From NCBI GenBank assembly GCA_009103225.1, contig RHPI01003369.1:17896-81895 (forward strand): a stretch of 64,000 nt of DNA, given 5' to 3'. The DNA comes from Chlorokybus atmophyticus. Its lineage: Eukaryota > Plantae > Mesostigma and Chlorokybus algae. The translations under genes were made by a program, and so were the position numbers. Positions 11,001 to 22,192 of the stretch are shown here, in pieces. The notes under the pieces are model-generated. The model was given only the letters and a program-made list of their open reading frames with translations. It searched no databases and was not told where the DNA came from. Numbering within the stretch: the first letter of the stretch is position 1; the number at the start of each line of letters is the position of its first letter.

Positions 11001-11619
11001 ACCGTTGACGGCATGGACACCGCGACGACATGACGTGCGTGTGGAGGCAGCTAATGACTTCCTTACAAAGTGCGCGGACATTAACAAGGCAGCTAGGGAT
11101 GCGTTATTGGTGGCACAAAATCGGCAGAAGCAGTACGCGGACGCGCATCGCCGACACCTCACGTTTCAGGAAGGCGACATTGTGTTACTCTCCGCGAAGC
11201 ACGTCCAGGTGCGTACGGGAGTTCGCAAGCTGAATGAACGCTGGTTGGGACCATTTAAGGTCAGCAAAGTTATCTCGGACGTGGCGTACAAGTTGGAGCT
11301 ACCCGACACCATGCGTGTGCACCCCGTTTTTCACGTCTCCCTTCTGAAAGCATATCGAGGACAACCGCCAGAAAGGCCACCCCCCGAAGTTGGCACAGAC
11401 GGTGAACCCGAGTGGGAGGTAGAAGACATCCTTGGTGAGAAGTTTGTGCATGGCGTACGCAAGTTCTTAGTGAAATGGAAGGGCTATCCGTTGCATGAAG
11501 CATCCTGGGAGCCAGAGGCACACTTGACTAATGCTCAAGACGTTGTGCGTGCCTATCTTGCTCGACGACAACCTCGCGAGCTTCGAGGACGAAGCTCACC
11601 TGGGGGGGGAGGAGTGTAA
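8086..11619 (+). CDS. pol: pol polyprotein: aspartic protease, RT, RNase H, integrase with GPY/F, chromodomain
   Basis: Uninterrupted 1177-aa ORF: protease MIDSGANSNF, RT VYLDDILVY, RNase H LACDASDTAVGAVL, integrase H-H-C-C (HDVPIAGH...CDAC) and DFITGLP/SDRDPRF, WLGPFKV, chromodomain WEVEDIL...FLVKWKGY...SWEP. The frame is also open upstream across the gag stop. Confidence 0.97.
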   Translation: MTFPLKKQEEMALNAPMVVSYANEETTKYFGLRAHICDDQGRWRECKLMIDSGANSNFMSIDIARRYGWLSSLRGGEVKLADGEPPSGGDGAAFMTKELCVRIGKMKESMRFCCITLRNGFDGILGLPWLWQHNPAINWRKRVLTIERNGGESIQAASDVIEARHAQLGGTTIAQISYVQLMKLLSPRKAKAAWLCVVRENTAKSAPELSDDVQTATMDPEVCKLVKEYQDIMVDGLPSGLPPPRSVDHRVELIEGVHKPPYRPVYKLSPLELEEAERQVADLLERGYIRPSKSPYGAPILFVRKKNGSLRMCVDYRALNNITKRNCFPLPRIDELLEQLQGAQYFTTLDLAGGYHQIRIAPEDVEKTAFNTRYGHYEWLVMSFGLTNAPATFQTLMNSVFADLIGKGVLVYLDDILVYATTKEEHVALLRRVLQRLREHKLYAQLQKCKFLLREVEYLGHIVSHEGIKPDPNKVQVVREWAAPTNVKEVMSFLGLAGYYRKFIMGFSRIAAPLTTLLKKGKHWSWSATEEHAFAALKKALTEAPVLAHPNMEKTFILACDASDTAVGAVLQQDHGNGLQPVAFFSKKMSGAELNYPVHEKELLAQVMALRQWRCFLEGKKFVLETDHSPLRYLQTQPHLSRRQARWLEFFQLFDFDIKYKPGTSNGVADALSRLNAIEALAQVQPEWTDQIRQVLREDTEGMKVLQELENTATDTSGHWSMRDGLLWHHGRLYIPNVAHIRVKLLKEAHDVPIAGHQGLERTLASLKQRFYWREMHRDVRDYVALCDACQRVKASNQKPGGLLQPLPVPLSKWEQVTMDFITGLPKTKEGYDAILVFVDKTSKMVRLAPCSESCTAPEAARLFVKHVFRSHGLPRSIVSDRDPRFTSKFWEALHSALGTTLKFSTAFHPQTDGQTERANRVIEDMLRCYVNARQDNWEELLELVEFAINNHHNASTGVTPFLMNYGQHPLTPLTAWTPRRHDVRVEAANDFLTKCADINKAARDALLVAQNRQKQYADAHRRHLTFQEGDIVLLSAKHVQVRTGVRKLNERWLGPFKVSKVISDVAYKLELPDTMRVHPVFHVSLLKAYRGQPPERPPPEVGTDGEPEWEVEDILGEKFVHGVRKFLVKWKGYPLHEASWEPEAHLTNAQDVVRAYLARRQPRELRGRSSPGGGGV
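11602..11614 (+). other. Polypurine tract of the retrotransposon
   Basis: GGGGGGGGAGGAG directly abuts the TG start of the 3' LTR at 11615. Confidence 0.9.
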
Positions 11620-12286
11620 CAGTCAAGGCCAAATTCTGTGATTTTCATGGCCGTTTTAGGCCTTATTTGTAAGGTACATGTTTTTAATGACTTGTGGCGG
11701 ATATCGGCGAGTTATGAGTCTGCCGCGGATATCGACCGGGGCCCCAAGACCAGTCCGGAAGGTGCCAGAAAACGGAGGGCCAGTCGAGAAGGGCTCGACC
11801 AGATTTCTGGAAGGGCCTGGCGCCAAGTAGTATAACTTGACCATATGAGCAGCAAATTAGGAGATCTTTGGTGCGTTGGAAAGGTCTAGAAGTGTACTAC
11901 AAGATTCTGCAAGAATATCTTAGCTTCTAGTTCCGTCTAGCGCTAGAATCGTCTAGACAGTAGCATGTGCAGACTGGTAGGTATAAAAGTGACATTCTAC
12001 AATTTGCAATACAACCTTTAGCTCCCTAGTTTCTTGTGTGCAAGCTTGGTGGTGGTTAGCAGGGGTTGCTAGCGTGTGCCCACCGGTGTGTGCTTGCTTG
12101 TGTGACGATCCAAGGCGCTACACAAGTCGGTGTGTAGCTTCGAGCGCATGCGCGTGCGTACGCGAGTGGCGGGGCGCGCGTGTGTGCTTGGCAGAGGGGG
12201 CAAGGTTCCGGTGTGAATACTGTGTCTTGGTGAGAGGGTTGTGGATTGGACCAACTCACCGGTAACAAGGCACGAGCACCGTCACA
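11615..12286 (+). repeat. 3' LTR (672 bp)
   Basis: Starts TGTAAC after the PPT, ends GTCACA followed by the TSD TCAGA. Confidence 0.92.
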
Positions 12287-12688
12287 TCAGATGCACATAG
12301 GCAACTCAATATGCGCACGCGTGCACGTGCACACCACAATCATATAGTGACAACAATAACCACACCTTCGGCACTGAAAACAGTAAGTGATCTACACACA
12401 TCACAGCACTCGTACGGTATGATAGGTTCGTGTGAGGATGTGTTTCACAGTGCGACATAACGTGTGTGTGCTATGTGCAATTACATGCATCGGCTTTTTA
12501 GTGGTATGCAAGTGTGCTAGCTAGCATGCATGCGCACGTACTACTATGAATTGCACGTGTTACACGTGCAATCCACCCGCCAGATGCAATGTTCGTACAT
12601 GCCGAACGTGCGGCAGTCTCTGTCCACAACCTAAGGCCGCGCTCAGCATCCCGTGCGACTCCGCCGCCGCGCGAACTAAACGCCCTCA

Positions 12689-12988
12689 CAGGGTGGTCCC
12701 TGTATTTGCAATGCTTTGTCATCGTTTAAATACGCCTTGCAGCAATACTTTGCATTGCTAAGCTCCTGTAATGCTAGTGACAATCGTGCACATATGGACT
12801 TGTCGTAGGAATGTTGCAGAGCCAGCGCTGCGGGCTTCATTGATGTGCCGAATTGATGTGTTTGGCCCAAATGTTTGGTTCCAATGCACACAACCGTTGT
12901 GTATATAAGGGGTATGATACGGTGGCAGCATGCATGGTGTGGACAGTGCGAATGGCAGGCATCAGCACAAGCATACACACGCTTTACA
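12689..12988. repeat. 300-bp dispersed direct repeat, copy 1 (copy 2 at 18793-19092)
   Basis: Appears identical at offset 6104 (ORFs 12676..12978 and 18747..19082 share sequence). Both copies start CAGGGTGGTCCC. Confidence 0.9.
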
Positions 12989-13443
12989 CATCAAATTTCA
13001 CCACCGAGCTAGTTCTATGGCTGCTTGCTACACTATACCAATGCTAGCCCGCCCCGTTAGACATACAAGCATGTGCACGTACCAACATAGTGAACCACCT
13101 GTACTCCGTGTGGCCACAACAACGCTTTGTGCTGCATTTGCGACCGGATGCACGACAGTGGACTTCAAGTCTAATTCTATATTGCCCTGATATTAATCCA
13201 TCAAAAGCAGGCAAATGAGATATGCAGTTACCTTCAGGAGACAAGGCTTTACGAAAGTGTGAGCTGTCACACGGGTGCATACAACGCAGATTGCACAGTG
13301 CACATTTTAATGCTCACATGCAACATCCATGCTTGTCAAAAAGATGGCCGCAATCATCAACTCAAGGGAAACACCAGGAAGCAGTGTGAAGCCGTACCCC
13401 GATAGGTATATCTCTACTACTGGTATGTTTTGTATAACACAAT

Positions 13444-15638
13444 CTAAGCAGTTGCCTTCACTGGCTCCGCCAGGCGGGACTTGCCGGTCAGGTACTCCTC
13501 GAAGCGGATCACCTGCAGTAGAGCACATCGTCAGCCAATACACACATGACAGCCTCTTGTTGCTGAGCTCAACATTGCACACTTGAAAACGGCAGACAGG
13601 TGCGCACAAGCATAACTCTTGTGGGGGCACGTACGGTACATGACATACCTCTTTCTTTGAGCCATAGGCGACCTGAGTGCGGACCTCCGTGTGGTCGATG
13701 AGGATGTCCAGCACAGACTTGGTGCCGTCGCTGCTAAAGCCACCGGCATTTTCAATGAGGAGACCCAGGGGAGCGACCTCAAAGAGCACACGCAGCTTCG
13801 CCTTTGTCGAGGGAGATGTGGCATTGCAGAAGATGCCTTTCTCCTTGATGAGGATCTGCAAGCAATCCAGTGTGTCACTGGCTATCATGAAACACAGCTG
13901 AATGCTTTGTGCCCGTTTAATGTCGCTACAATGGAGCAAGTCTGAGTGCTGTGCAGAACACATCCCTTGTTGACCACCACGTTTGCCACCTACCTGGTTC
14001 ACATCAGGAACCATGCCTCCAGTGTAGCGCAGCGTGTACTTCTCACCAATCCAGTAAGAGATGAGCTTCTCGTAGGCAGGGTTGTCGAAGGTGGCGCGCA
14101 GGTTGCCGGGGGAGAAGAGCTTGCCCTCCTTGATCTCATAGGTCTCGTGCACATGCATCCACTTGCCTGATGGTAGTCTGGGTGTCAATTCCGATGGCAA
14201 GCAGCAATTGCGACCAAATGGCATGTTACTGTTACTGTTCCCAGCACATGTCGAGGTTGAACTACCTACCGTCATCCTGGAGCAAGAACTCGTGGGTGCC
14301 GGGGTGGCCCTTCACAGCCAGCATGTATGTGGTGCGGGGGCCGTACACGCCCATTCCTGAGGCTGCCTGTCGAGGCAGGTTGAAAGAAGTTAAACCATGT
14401 TGCTCATCAGGAGTGCATGCTGAGACTGCAACCTGAGGGAGACAACCACTAGCACATACCAGGTCGCTGCCCTTGATGCCAGTGAGCTGGGAGCCGGGCC
14501 AGACGCCGAAGATGGTGCCAACAGCGAAGTTGGTGTCCACAATGGAGCTGCCATCGAGGGGATCAAACGCCACGCTGAAGCCTGCCATGTAATGACCATT
14601 GGTCTCACAATGCACTCAACACGTTTTGCTGCCACCAACTGGTAATCTAGTAATACATGCATTCTTTAACTAACCAACGCCAAGCAAGTTACAGCGGATT
14701 AGTATAAGTGAGCTGCTTGTGCATTGCCTGCGCTTGACCCACTGAACTGGAATGCATGAAAATGGGCAGATCAACACGCCACTTACCCTCGCCACCCATG
14801 TCACGCACTTCGGGCACCTCCTCGCTGCAAGCTGAAGCGCAGACACCAGAGAAGCGAAGGGCCTGGCATACCAAGCAGACACAAATTGATATCAACAACT
14901 ATTTGGGCATTGCTCACAATGCCACTGCCATCTGGTGGCCTGATTTTAGGGTGCAGAAGTACAAGTTGCTGTTGCCCCAATGCACTCTCAACAATGTGGG
15001 TGTTGTGTGGAATGTGGTGGAGTGCTCATGCTTGCCTCAAAGAGAAGCTTGTCGGCGAGGACATCAACAGCGAGCTGCTCATCGCCGAAGGAGTTGAAGC
15101 ATGCGGTGGCGCCGCAAGAGGCGGTGCGGACCTTGTAGGCGATGGTGCGCAGGGCCTCGCCAAGGCTGAGCAGAACCTGGCGCAGCTTCTGGTCGGGGGT
15201 GGCCTTCAGCAGGAACTCCTCCAGGCTGTCGCCCAGCTCCGCCCTGGTCACCTGCCTGCTGCTGCTGCTGCTGCTGGCAGCGGCCCTGCGGCTCACAGCG
15301 GGAAGCTGGGCACCGACGAAGCTGGAGCTGCCCTGCATTCAGAGACAAAGCCAACACTTCAGCCACAGAGCATGCCTGAGCCTCAACAAGCCACGACATC
15401 ATCTCAACTAGCTGCATTGTCGAGCTGAGCAGTACATCAAGCCAGCCAGCGAAAGCAGCTCAACACACTTCCATTCCACAACCAGGTAGCTCACCAGGCT
15501 GGCCTGAGAGCAGGGCTTGGCTGCGGCGCTGCGCGGAGCGACGGCAGCCGCGGGGCTGCTGCGGCGGGCCTTGGCCACTGCCGGCCTGGTGGCCGCAACC
15601 TGGGACACCACCGCCTGCATGGTCGTCGCCGCCGCCAT
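13444..15638 (-). CDS. SBPASE: Sedoheptulose-1,7-bisphosphatase, chloroplast precursor, multi-exon
   Basis: Ala/Arg-rich transit peptide, redox motif [79 protein letters not shown]. Last exon VIRFEEYL...ATA ends in TAG at 13444-13446. Confidence 0.96.
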
Positions 15639-15797
15639 TGTGGGATGCCTAACACGTGGAATGCGTTGGCACAAGCTGAGCTGTGTGAGGTGTTCAATGC
15701 TTGGGCTTGTGGCTAAGGTATGGCCTTGCTAACTGTATATATTGTTTTGCTGCGCACCTGGTGTAGTCCTGGGGCGTCAGTCGCTGTCCGCCATTTA

Positions 15798-15870
15798 GCG
15801 GATTTAGCTCAGTTGGGAGAGCGTTAGACTGAAGATCTAAAGGTCATGTGTTCGATCCACATAATCCGCA
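15798..15870 (+). tRNA. tRNA-Phe (GAA), intronless, nuclear
   Basis: 73-nt cloverleaf: acceptor GCGGATT/AATCCGC, D arm GCTC..GAGC, anticodon stem TTAGA/TCTAA around CTGAAGA, T loop GTTCGATC, discriminator A. TTTT at 15897-15900 is a plausible Pol III terminator. Confidence 0.95.
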
Positions 15871-16223
15871 GCGAGGAATACCCTTACCAGGACTCCTTTT
15901 GCGCATTTGCACCCAATCTCTTGCCAAATCATTCTTTAGTGCAGACGCCCCATCCAACACTACGGGGTCTCAAATTACAAACTCCTTGTGCGCAAACCAA
16001 TTGCAGACGCCCCATCGAACATTAAGGGGTCTCAAGTTACAAAAAGTCCCAACGCAACAAGGACTCCTTTTGCGCAATGCAATTAGAGGTTGTTGGTTCC
16101 GCAGGCACAACCCTTAATTGCTATCCATGCGCTAATGCAGGGAGCCTAGTCGAACGCACAAATTGTGTGAATCCATTGATAAATAAACACCTCAATAAGC
16201 GCGTCTTTTGCGCCTCATTCGTT

Positions 16224-16566
16224 GACATGAATGGATTGTTAGCAACAGTTTCCATTTGCCAATATTAAACGCCACTTCAACGCACCAAAAGTCGTAACTT
16301 ATACATGAGATCGTTAGCCTTATAGTGACCCCTTTTAAGTCATGCATTGCATCGTTTGCCAATCCCTTTATGAATTGATCAGCTTATGCACAGCTTATGA
16401 CATGAATGGATTGTTAGCAACAGTTTCCATTTGCCAATATTAGACGCCACTTTAACGGACCAAAAGTCGTAACTTACAAATGAGATCGTTAGCCTTATAG
16501 TGACCCCTTTTAAGTCATGCATTACATCGTTTGCCAATCCCTTTATGAATTGATTTGCTTATGCAC
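16224..16566. repeat. Tandem duplication, 2 x ~168 bp (period 175)
   Basis: GACATGAATGGATTGTTAGC...TGAATTGAT..GCTTATGCAC at 16224-16391 and 16399-16566, with roughly ten substitutions. Confidence 0.92.
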
Positions 16567-17679
16567 GACGTGACATCAAAGCACGAAGGGTCTCAAGTTG
16601 CGATGAACAAGTATGACAGACTATGTTACAGGCTCATTGAGCACATGGTGCCAAGATCATCGTATACGATTTGAACTTTCATTAACGTCACTACCATAAG
16701 TATCACGCACATCTCGCGCTCATATTTATACACATATATCGCTATTGATATTGTTGTTATATTGTCATGTGCACAAAGACTGAGAATATGACAAATTCTG
16801 GTTATCAATGTCATGTACGCATGTGCTTTGCCAGGAGTATTACTATAACAAACACAAATGAACCATATGTGATAATAGCATCGTTCTATTGGTAATGGGC
16901 TACGAATCAGTTACACAATATGTGACATTAAAGATTGATACGAGTATCGAGTCAACATGCACAATCTCTACCCTATCCAAGTGCCTCGGTTACATGGATG
17001 CATGCAATGCTTGCCAAGCACATTTCTTTGAGAAATCAATAGATAAGTAAACATATCAAGCGTTGACGCAATGGCACAATTTGCTCGTCCCCTTCATGCA
17101 GCACTACAGCAATACCCCGATTCAGACCTCGCCTTGGTGCAAAGACCAGGCTGTAGCTTGTCAAGCAACACTGCCACAGTAGCAATGCGTTTGTTGGTTG
17201 TCTTAACAACTTTTGCTGTGCTGTTGCGCTGGTACTCCACACTGCCTGCGTATTTGTGCAGGCTGAATGAAGCATATCACTAGTTCTCAATTGCAGCATG
17301 ACCACCGCTTGATTCCGCAAGTGAAAACAAACATCTGCACGCCAACATCTGACGCACTCAACCCTCGACTCCATGCACATGGATGCACCAGCAGCTTGAT
17401 GGACTACTACAGAAGTTTTCCACTGCACTCAAACCCGACAGCTGAATCTCAGCCGAGTGTACTGCTGTGTGCAACTCTGCCAGGACATATTCACACAAGT
17501 GCGTGACACTGGTGACCCCATTGCTCCCTGCTTGTGAAACGATGCATACTCATGCTTGAACAACCTGTTGCATTTTGAGAAGGAAGAAACCCCATGATAC
17601 TGATATATCATATACGATACTGTGCTGCCTGGTTGTGATAGTCTGAACTGCACTGCAACTGAACTGGACTCAACTTGGT

Positions 17680-18135
17680 CTACTCTTCCTCAGTGAGTGC
17701 CTCCACCCGGAGTAGGATGAAGCCGAAGGCCAGGCCGATGAGTGTGATGCCGATCATGACGGGGACGATGGCGAGAGTCTCTTCGCCGACGCCGTTCTTC
17801 GTGACCAGGGCGCCGCCCCTTGCGCTCATGCCAGCTCGCACCTTGCGGGACAGCTCAGCGAAGCGCTCGTCGCAGCTAGTGGCCTGGAGGAGGAGGCGGC
17901 GGCGGCGACAAGCTCAGAGACGGACAAGACGGACCAGCATGACAATGTCGGCAATGACGGTAACTGCTAAGCTCACCTGGGCGAGGGCAGACACAGGGAT
18001 GTCCTTCCTGAGGCCAGCGTAGTTGCGCATGGGCTTGACGGCGGGGGCGGCGGTGCTGGCAACCATGCGGGAGGGCTGCCTGGCGGCGGGGGCCAGAGAC
18101 GGCAAGGCCAACGGGACGGCGGTGATGGTAGCCAT
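17680..18135 (-). CDS. PETM: Cytochrome b6f complex subunit 7 (PetM), 2 exons
   Basis: Exon 1 (18135-17977) is a transit peptide. Exon 2 (17883-17680) ends GEETLAIVPVMIGITLIGLAFGFILLRVEALTEEE*, matching the PetM single-TM signature (G.A.GF.LLR.E). Confidence 0.9.
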
Positions 18136-18792
18136 TGCTTAAGCTTGATCTACCGTTCCACAACCCGCGTCCTCGCCGCTCCCTTGACCACGGCGACGAT
18201 AGCAGCAATATCGGCAACAACAACACCGCTCACCACCACAAACACCCTAAACCTTGAGCCCTAAACCCTATCTGAGGTCTGGACACAATGTCCGCCGTAC
18301 GATCAAGGCTGCGCAACCCAAGCCACGCGATACGAATGAGCATTGTATAAGGAGGCATCGCGCCGTGGATATGAGTGCAGAGCTGGAAACATCACATCAT
18401 AACGACACAAGTAACCTGTTGGTCATGACGTAGACCATTGATACCAAGGTAAGCATTAATGATATCAAGGTAGGCATCAAGATGATTGAGAAGAAATAAT
18501 CATAACCACGTGTAAATGAAAGCTTCATGCGTAAGTTGAATCCTTGGGTTTTAGGCAGGCATGGATTTGATCCTCATTGGATATAATGATGCTTCGTGGT
18601 TATCGTTTTTACCACGAGACATTACTAGATATGCTGTATGCAGGTTGTCTGCTTCAATTGCATGATGCATTACATGCATTGCATCACTGACACGACATGT
18701 ATACATATTTATGTTGTTATCCATGAATTGTTGTTCGTGATGCTCATTACATTTGTGATTGTACAACCGTACTTGTCATAACAAGTAATACC

Positions 18793-19092
18793 CAGGGTGG
18801 TCCCTGTATTTGCAATGCTTTGTCATCGTTTAAATACGCCTTGCAGCAATACTTTGCATTGCTAAGCTCCTGTAATGCTAGTGACAATCGTGCACATATG
18901 GACTTGTCGTAGGAATGTTGCAGAGCCAGCGCTGCGGGCTTCATTGATGTGCCGAATTGATGTGTTTGGCCCAAATGTTTGGTTCCAATGCACACAACCG
19001 TTGTGTATATAAGGGGTATGATACGGTGGCAGCATGCATGGTGTGGACAGTGCGAATGGCAGGCATCAGCACAAGCATACACACGCTTTACA
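18793..19092. repeat. 300-bp dispersed direct repeat, copy 2
   Basis: Matches 12689-12988 and ends at the N at 19093. Confidence 0.88.
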
Positions 19093-19702
19093 NTCGGGCA
19101 TATTCAACAAAACAAATGTCAAATGTTCCCAAGCAAACACATGTGGTGTACATGCAATGCGGAACGGCAATGCACATGCATAGTGGCATGCACAGTCAGC
19201 AGCATGCAGAGTGACATAATGCATACCAACAACATCATTGTCATGTTGACCACCGGGTTCATTCACTACCTCACACGCTACACTACCCCTACCACCCCGT
19301 TAGCCATGTAAGCATGCACATGCATATGCGTTCACCTGCACAATGGCCAATTGTACCAATTAGGCATGTAGTCCTCCGCTTTTATGGACCCCGTCTTCGA
19401 GGCATGCAGCAAGGCGGAAGTGGCGGATGGAGGGGGTGGGGTGGGGGTGGGTATGTGCATGCGGGTATTTTTGGCACATGTGTGGTGCAACATTGACACA
19501 ATGACACATATGTGCCATCTTGTACTGTGTCTGATATGTAAGTGCTCTTATTGAACACACACATGTAAGTTCAAGCTGCAAGTTATCAGCTTTGTAGATA
19601 CTGTATTCGCGTGTGCTACTATCACTTTGTGCGTACGCAGTACTGTAAGCAAATATGCCATTGTGCAAGCTTTTATGCAACTCCAATAAGTGATCTGCCG
19701 CT

Positions 19703-22192
19703 TTATTGCGCAGGCTTGCTCTGCACCTGAGCAGCGTCCTCCAAAAGTGCAAAATCCTGCTCCGGCGCGTGCTTCCAGAACAAAGTGCAATACTCCAACC
19801 ACGCAGGCTTCACCACGTGCTTCCCATGCTTGCGTGCCCACTTCACCTGCAATGACAGCAACAATCTGAATGCCCCACACGCACTCATGCTCACACGCAC
19901 ACGCGCATGCACACCACCGTGATTGGCACAACATATCCACCTTCTCTGTGCCTTGGTCGACTGCCACCACGTGCGTGACTTCCTCCGATGCCTCCTCCAC
20001 GCATTTCGCCCCGAAGTCAATAGCGGACTGCCACAGCGGGTGCGTGACGGCGGCGCGCGTTGTGCGAGGGAAGATCCGGCTGAAGACGATGCAGCAGCCC
20101 TGGAGAACCCGCCGACGCGCCCGTTGCAGCACCTGTTGTTGAATCAGAGAAGTGTGTGTGCACTTGCGTGCATGTGTGCGTGTGTGTGGGGTGGGGGGGG
20201 TGGGGTGAGGGTGGGGGGGATTGTGTGTGCGGGCTGTCACAATGCCAGTGCATAGGCACACACACGCGTGCACATGCAATGCTCCTGCCATGTATCTCCA
20301 CGTCACTCAACCAACACTCACCTCTCGGACATCATGCTTCAGCAAGTCGAGCTCCGTGTCCTGTACAAAAGCCTTCAATGAGACACACTCTCACACTAGT
20401 TCTGTAAATCAACAGTCCAACACAAAGGAGAAAGCAAGATTCTGAATGTGCACCTGTTCTGACAAGGAGAAGAACTCCTGATGGACGTTGCACAGCACAT
20501 CCAGTATGCTGGCAAGCATCCCCTTGTGCGGGTCTTCATCGAGTCCCGACTCAAACATGGACGAGCCCTGCAAAGAGATAGCGGCTATCACAAACTCTGA
20601 TGCAATTGATGATTACAACAACTTTGATACATCGAGTCCACTGCACAACTCACCGGCAACCCGAACTGTCGTCGGCTACCCGGAAAGTAGTGGTAGCGCT
20701 CCAACACGACGAGGTTGGCTCTGTGTTTGGGCCACACCTGAGCAACAAACAGTTGTAAGCATGCGTGCGTTCATGCGTGAACGTAAGTGTGCATGCGCAC
20801 GTGCGTGTGGATATTGTGTGTCTTGCATAATATTCACACAGTACATGGACGGTGTCGTCGAGGATGAGTACGGCTGTATCCGCCCCCAGCACGATATCCA
20901 GATCCTTCTGCGTCCTGCTCGTGCTATCTGACGCCGATATCACCCTGGGTCCGAAGAACCTCCCGTCCGGATCCAACAACTTGGCCATCTCCGCCGCGTA
21001 CGCCCTCTCCCCCATCGTGTACACGTACATGAGGAACCTCTCCCCTGCCTTCTGCAAAAACTCCCTCACATAGGGCCTGAGTTTGGTCCACATGGCCAAG
21101 TGCTTGAGGTGGTGGAGTAGACCGGGTTGTTGTATCACTCCCCGCTTCTCGGCGTCCAACATGCTGTCCAACTTGGACGTGTCGGCCTGGGTCAAGTCGA
21201 TGTGGCGGGCGGAGTTGAGGAGGGTGTGGTCCAAGTCGAGGATGAGGAGGAGGCGCTTGGATTTGAGGACGGTTGTGACCTCGAGCTTGCGGAGACGCTC
21301 GGCCTCATGCTCGCTCAACTCGAGACCTGCAGAGAGATGGGTGTTGGGAAGAACAACGAGCACGCACTTCCACACAACACTGCAGATATGTAACGGTTTA
21401 TTGACGGATACCGCACATACGCGCTTACGCATGCACGTACGCGCACACGCGCGCACACACAAGCAGACATGCACGCGCAGTACTGCGCTGGCGCGCTCAC
21501 GGTAGTATATATGAAAGTTACTATCATCACCTGTAGTCAATCAACAACTCACCTGGGTGGACATAGTGGAGGTTCACGCCCCAATTTGCAGCCGCGCCGC
21601 CGTCGTCGGTTTCGGGGTCGACTTCGGTGCTTCTGTCCACGCCGCAGCGGATGCACACGCCGCGCATGAAGCCAGGGTGCGGAGGGCAAACTTTACTCTG
21701 ACCTGCGTGTTTACGTGTGAGCATGTGCACGTGTACAATCGCAATGGTGACATTACCAACAAACAGCACTCACTTGGGTCGATGGCAATGTTGACAACCG
21801 CTGTCACCTCTTCCGTGGTTCGCCGCTTCAACCGCCTCTCCGCGTGCAGATGATGCTCCTCGATGATAATGTCATCGTCCTCTCTCAGCCTGCAAACACA
21901 CATACATCCCCTTACCCACCAACAGCAGCGGTCATATGTTACGCACACACAATCTGTTGCAAGTAATCCCTGTCACGCACCGAGTTTGTTTGAACGTGGT
22001 CACCTCCAACTCGTCCACCTGATCCCCATCCTCATCCCTGTTGTTGTCCTCATCTCCGCTCAGCTCCGCTTCAAGCAAGGAAGCGAAGTCCCTGGCTGCA
22101 GCGGAGTTGTCGCTCTGAGACGGTGAACCGGCCTCACCATCGTCAACCTGGTGACTGGTGGGCCCAAACTCATCCTCCTCGTCGTGATACAT
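19703..22192 (-). CDS. CPL4: RNA polymerase II CTD phosphatase-like (FCP1 domain + BRCT), multi-exon
   Basis: Acidic N-terminus, CPPHPGFMRGVCIRCG, catalytic LLLILDLDHTLLNS (DxDxT), KLRPYVREFL...YTMGERAYA, C-terminal BRCT (GCCIVFSRIFP...VTHVVA...VVKPAWLE). Confidence 0.9.

Larger units (their letters stand above)
7227..12286 (+). mobile_element. Ty3/Gypsy chromovirus LTR retrotransposon (5' LTR end, PBS and gag start lost in the gap at N 7654)
   Basis: Termini TGTAAC...GTCACA, 5-bp TSD TCAGA (7222-7226 and 12287-12291), polypurine tract immediately before the 3' LTR, gag zinc knuckle, and pol in PR-RT-RH-IN-chromodomain order. Confidence 0.97.

Noticed and set aside
7250-11844. Identical 65-aa and 62-aa ORFs at 7250/11638 and 7268/11656
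   Set aside because: They lie inside the two LTR copies and are incidental.
13185-13189. CCCTG as the right TIR closing the CAGGG-started 300-bp repeat
   Set aside because: Only a 5-bp match and no flanking target-site duplication.
15798-15870. tRNA-Phe as fungal contamination or transfer (first 26 nt match S. cerevisiae tRNA-Phe as I recall it)
   Set aside because: The anticodon stem and variable region differ, there is no intron, and it sits in continuous algal sequence beside SBPase. tRNA conservation explains the match.
17036-17653. Short ORFs downstream of PETM
   Set aside because: No motifs or consistent splice structure; probably 3' UTR or intergenic.
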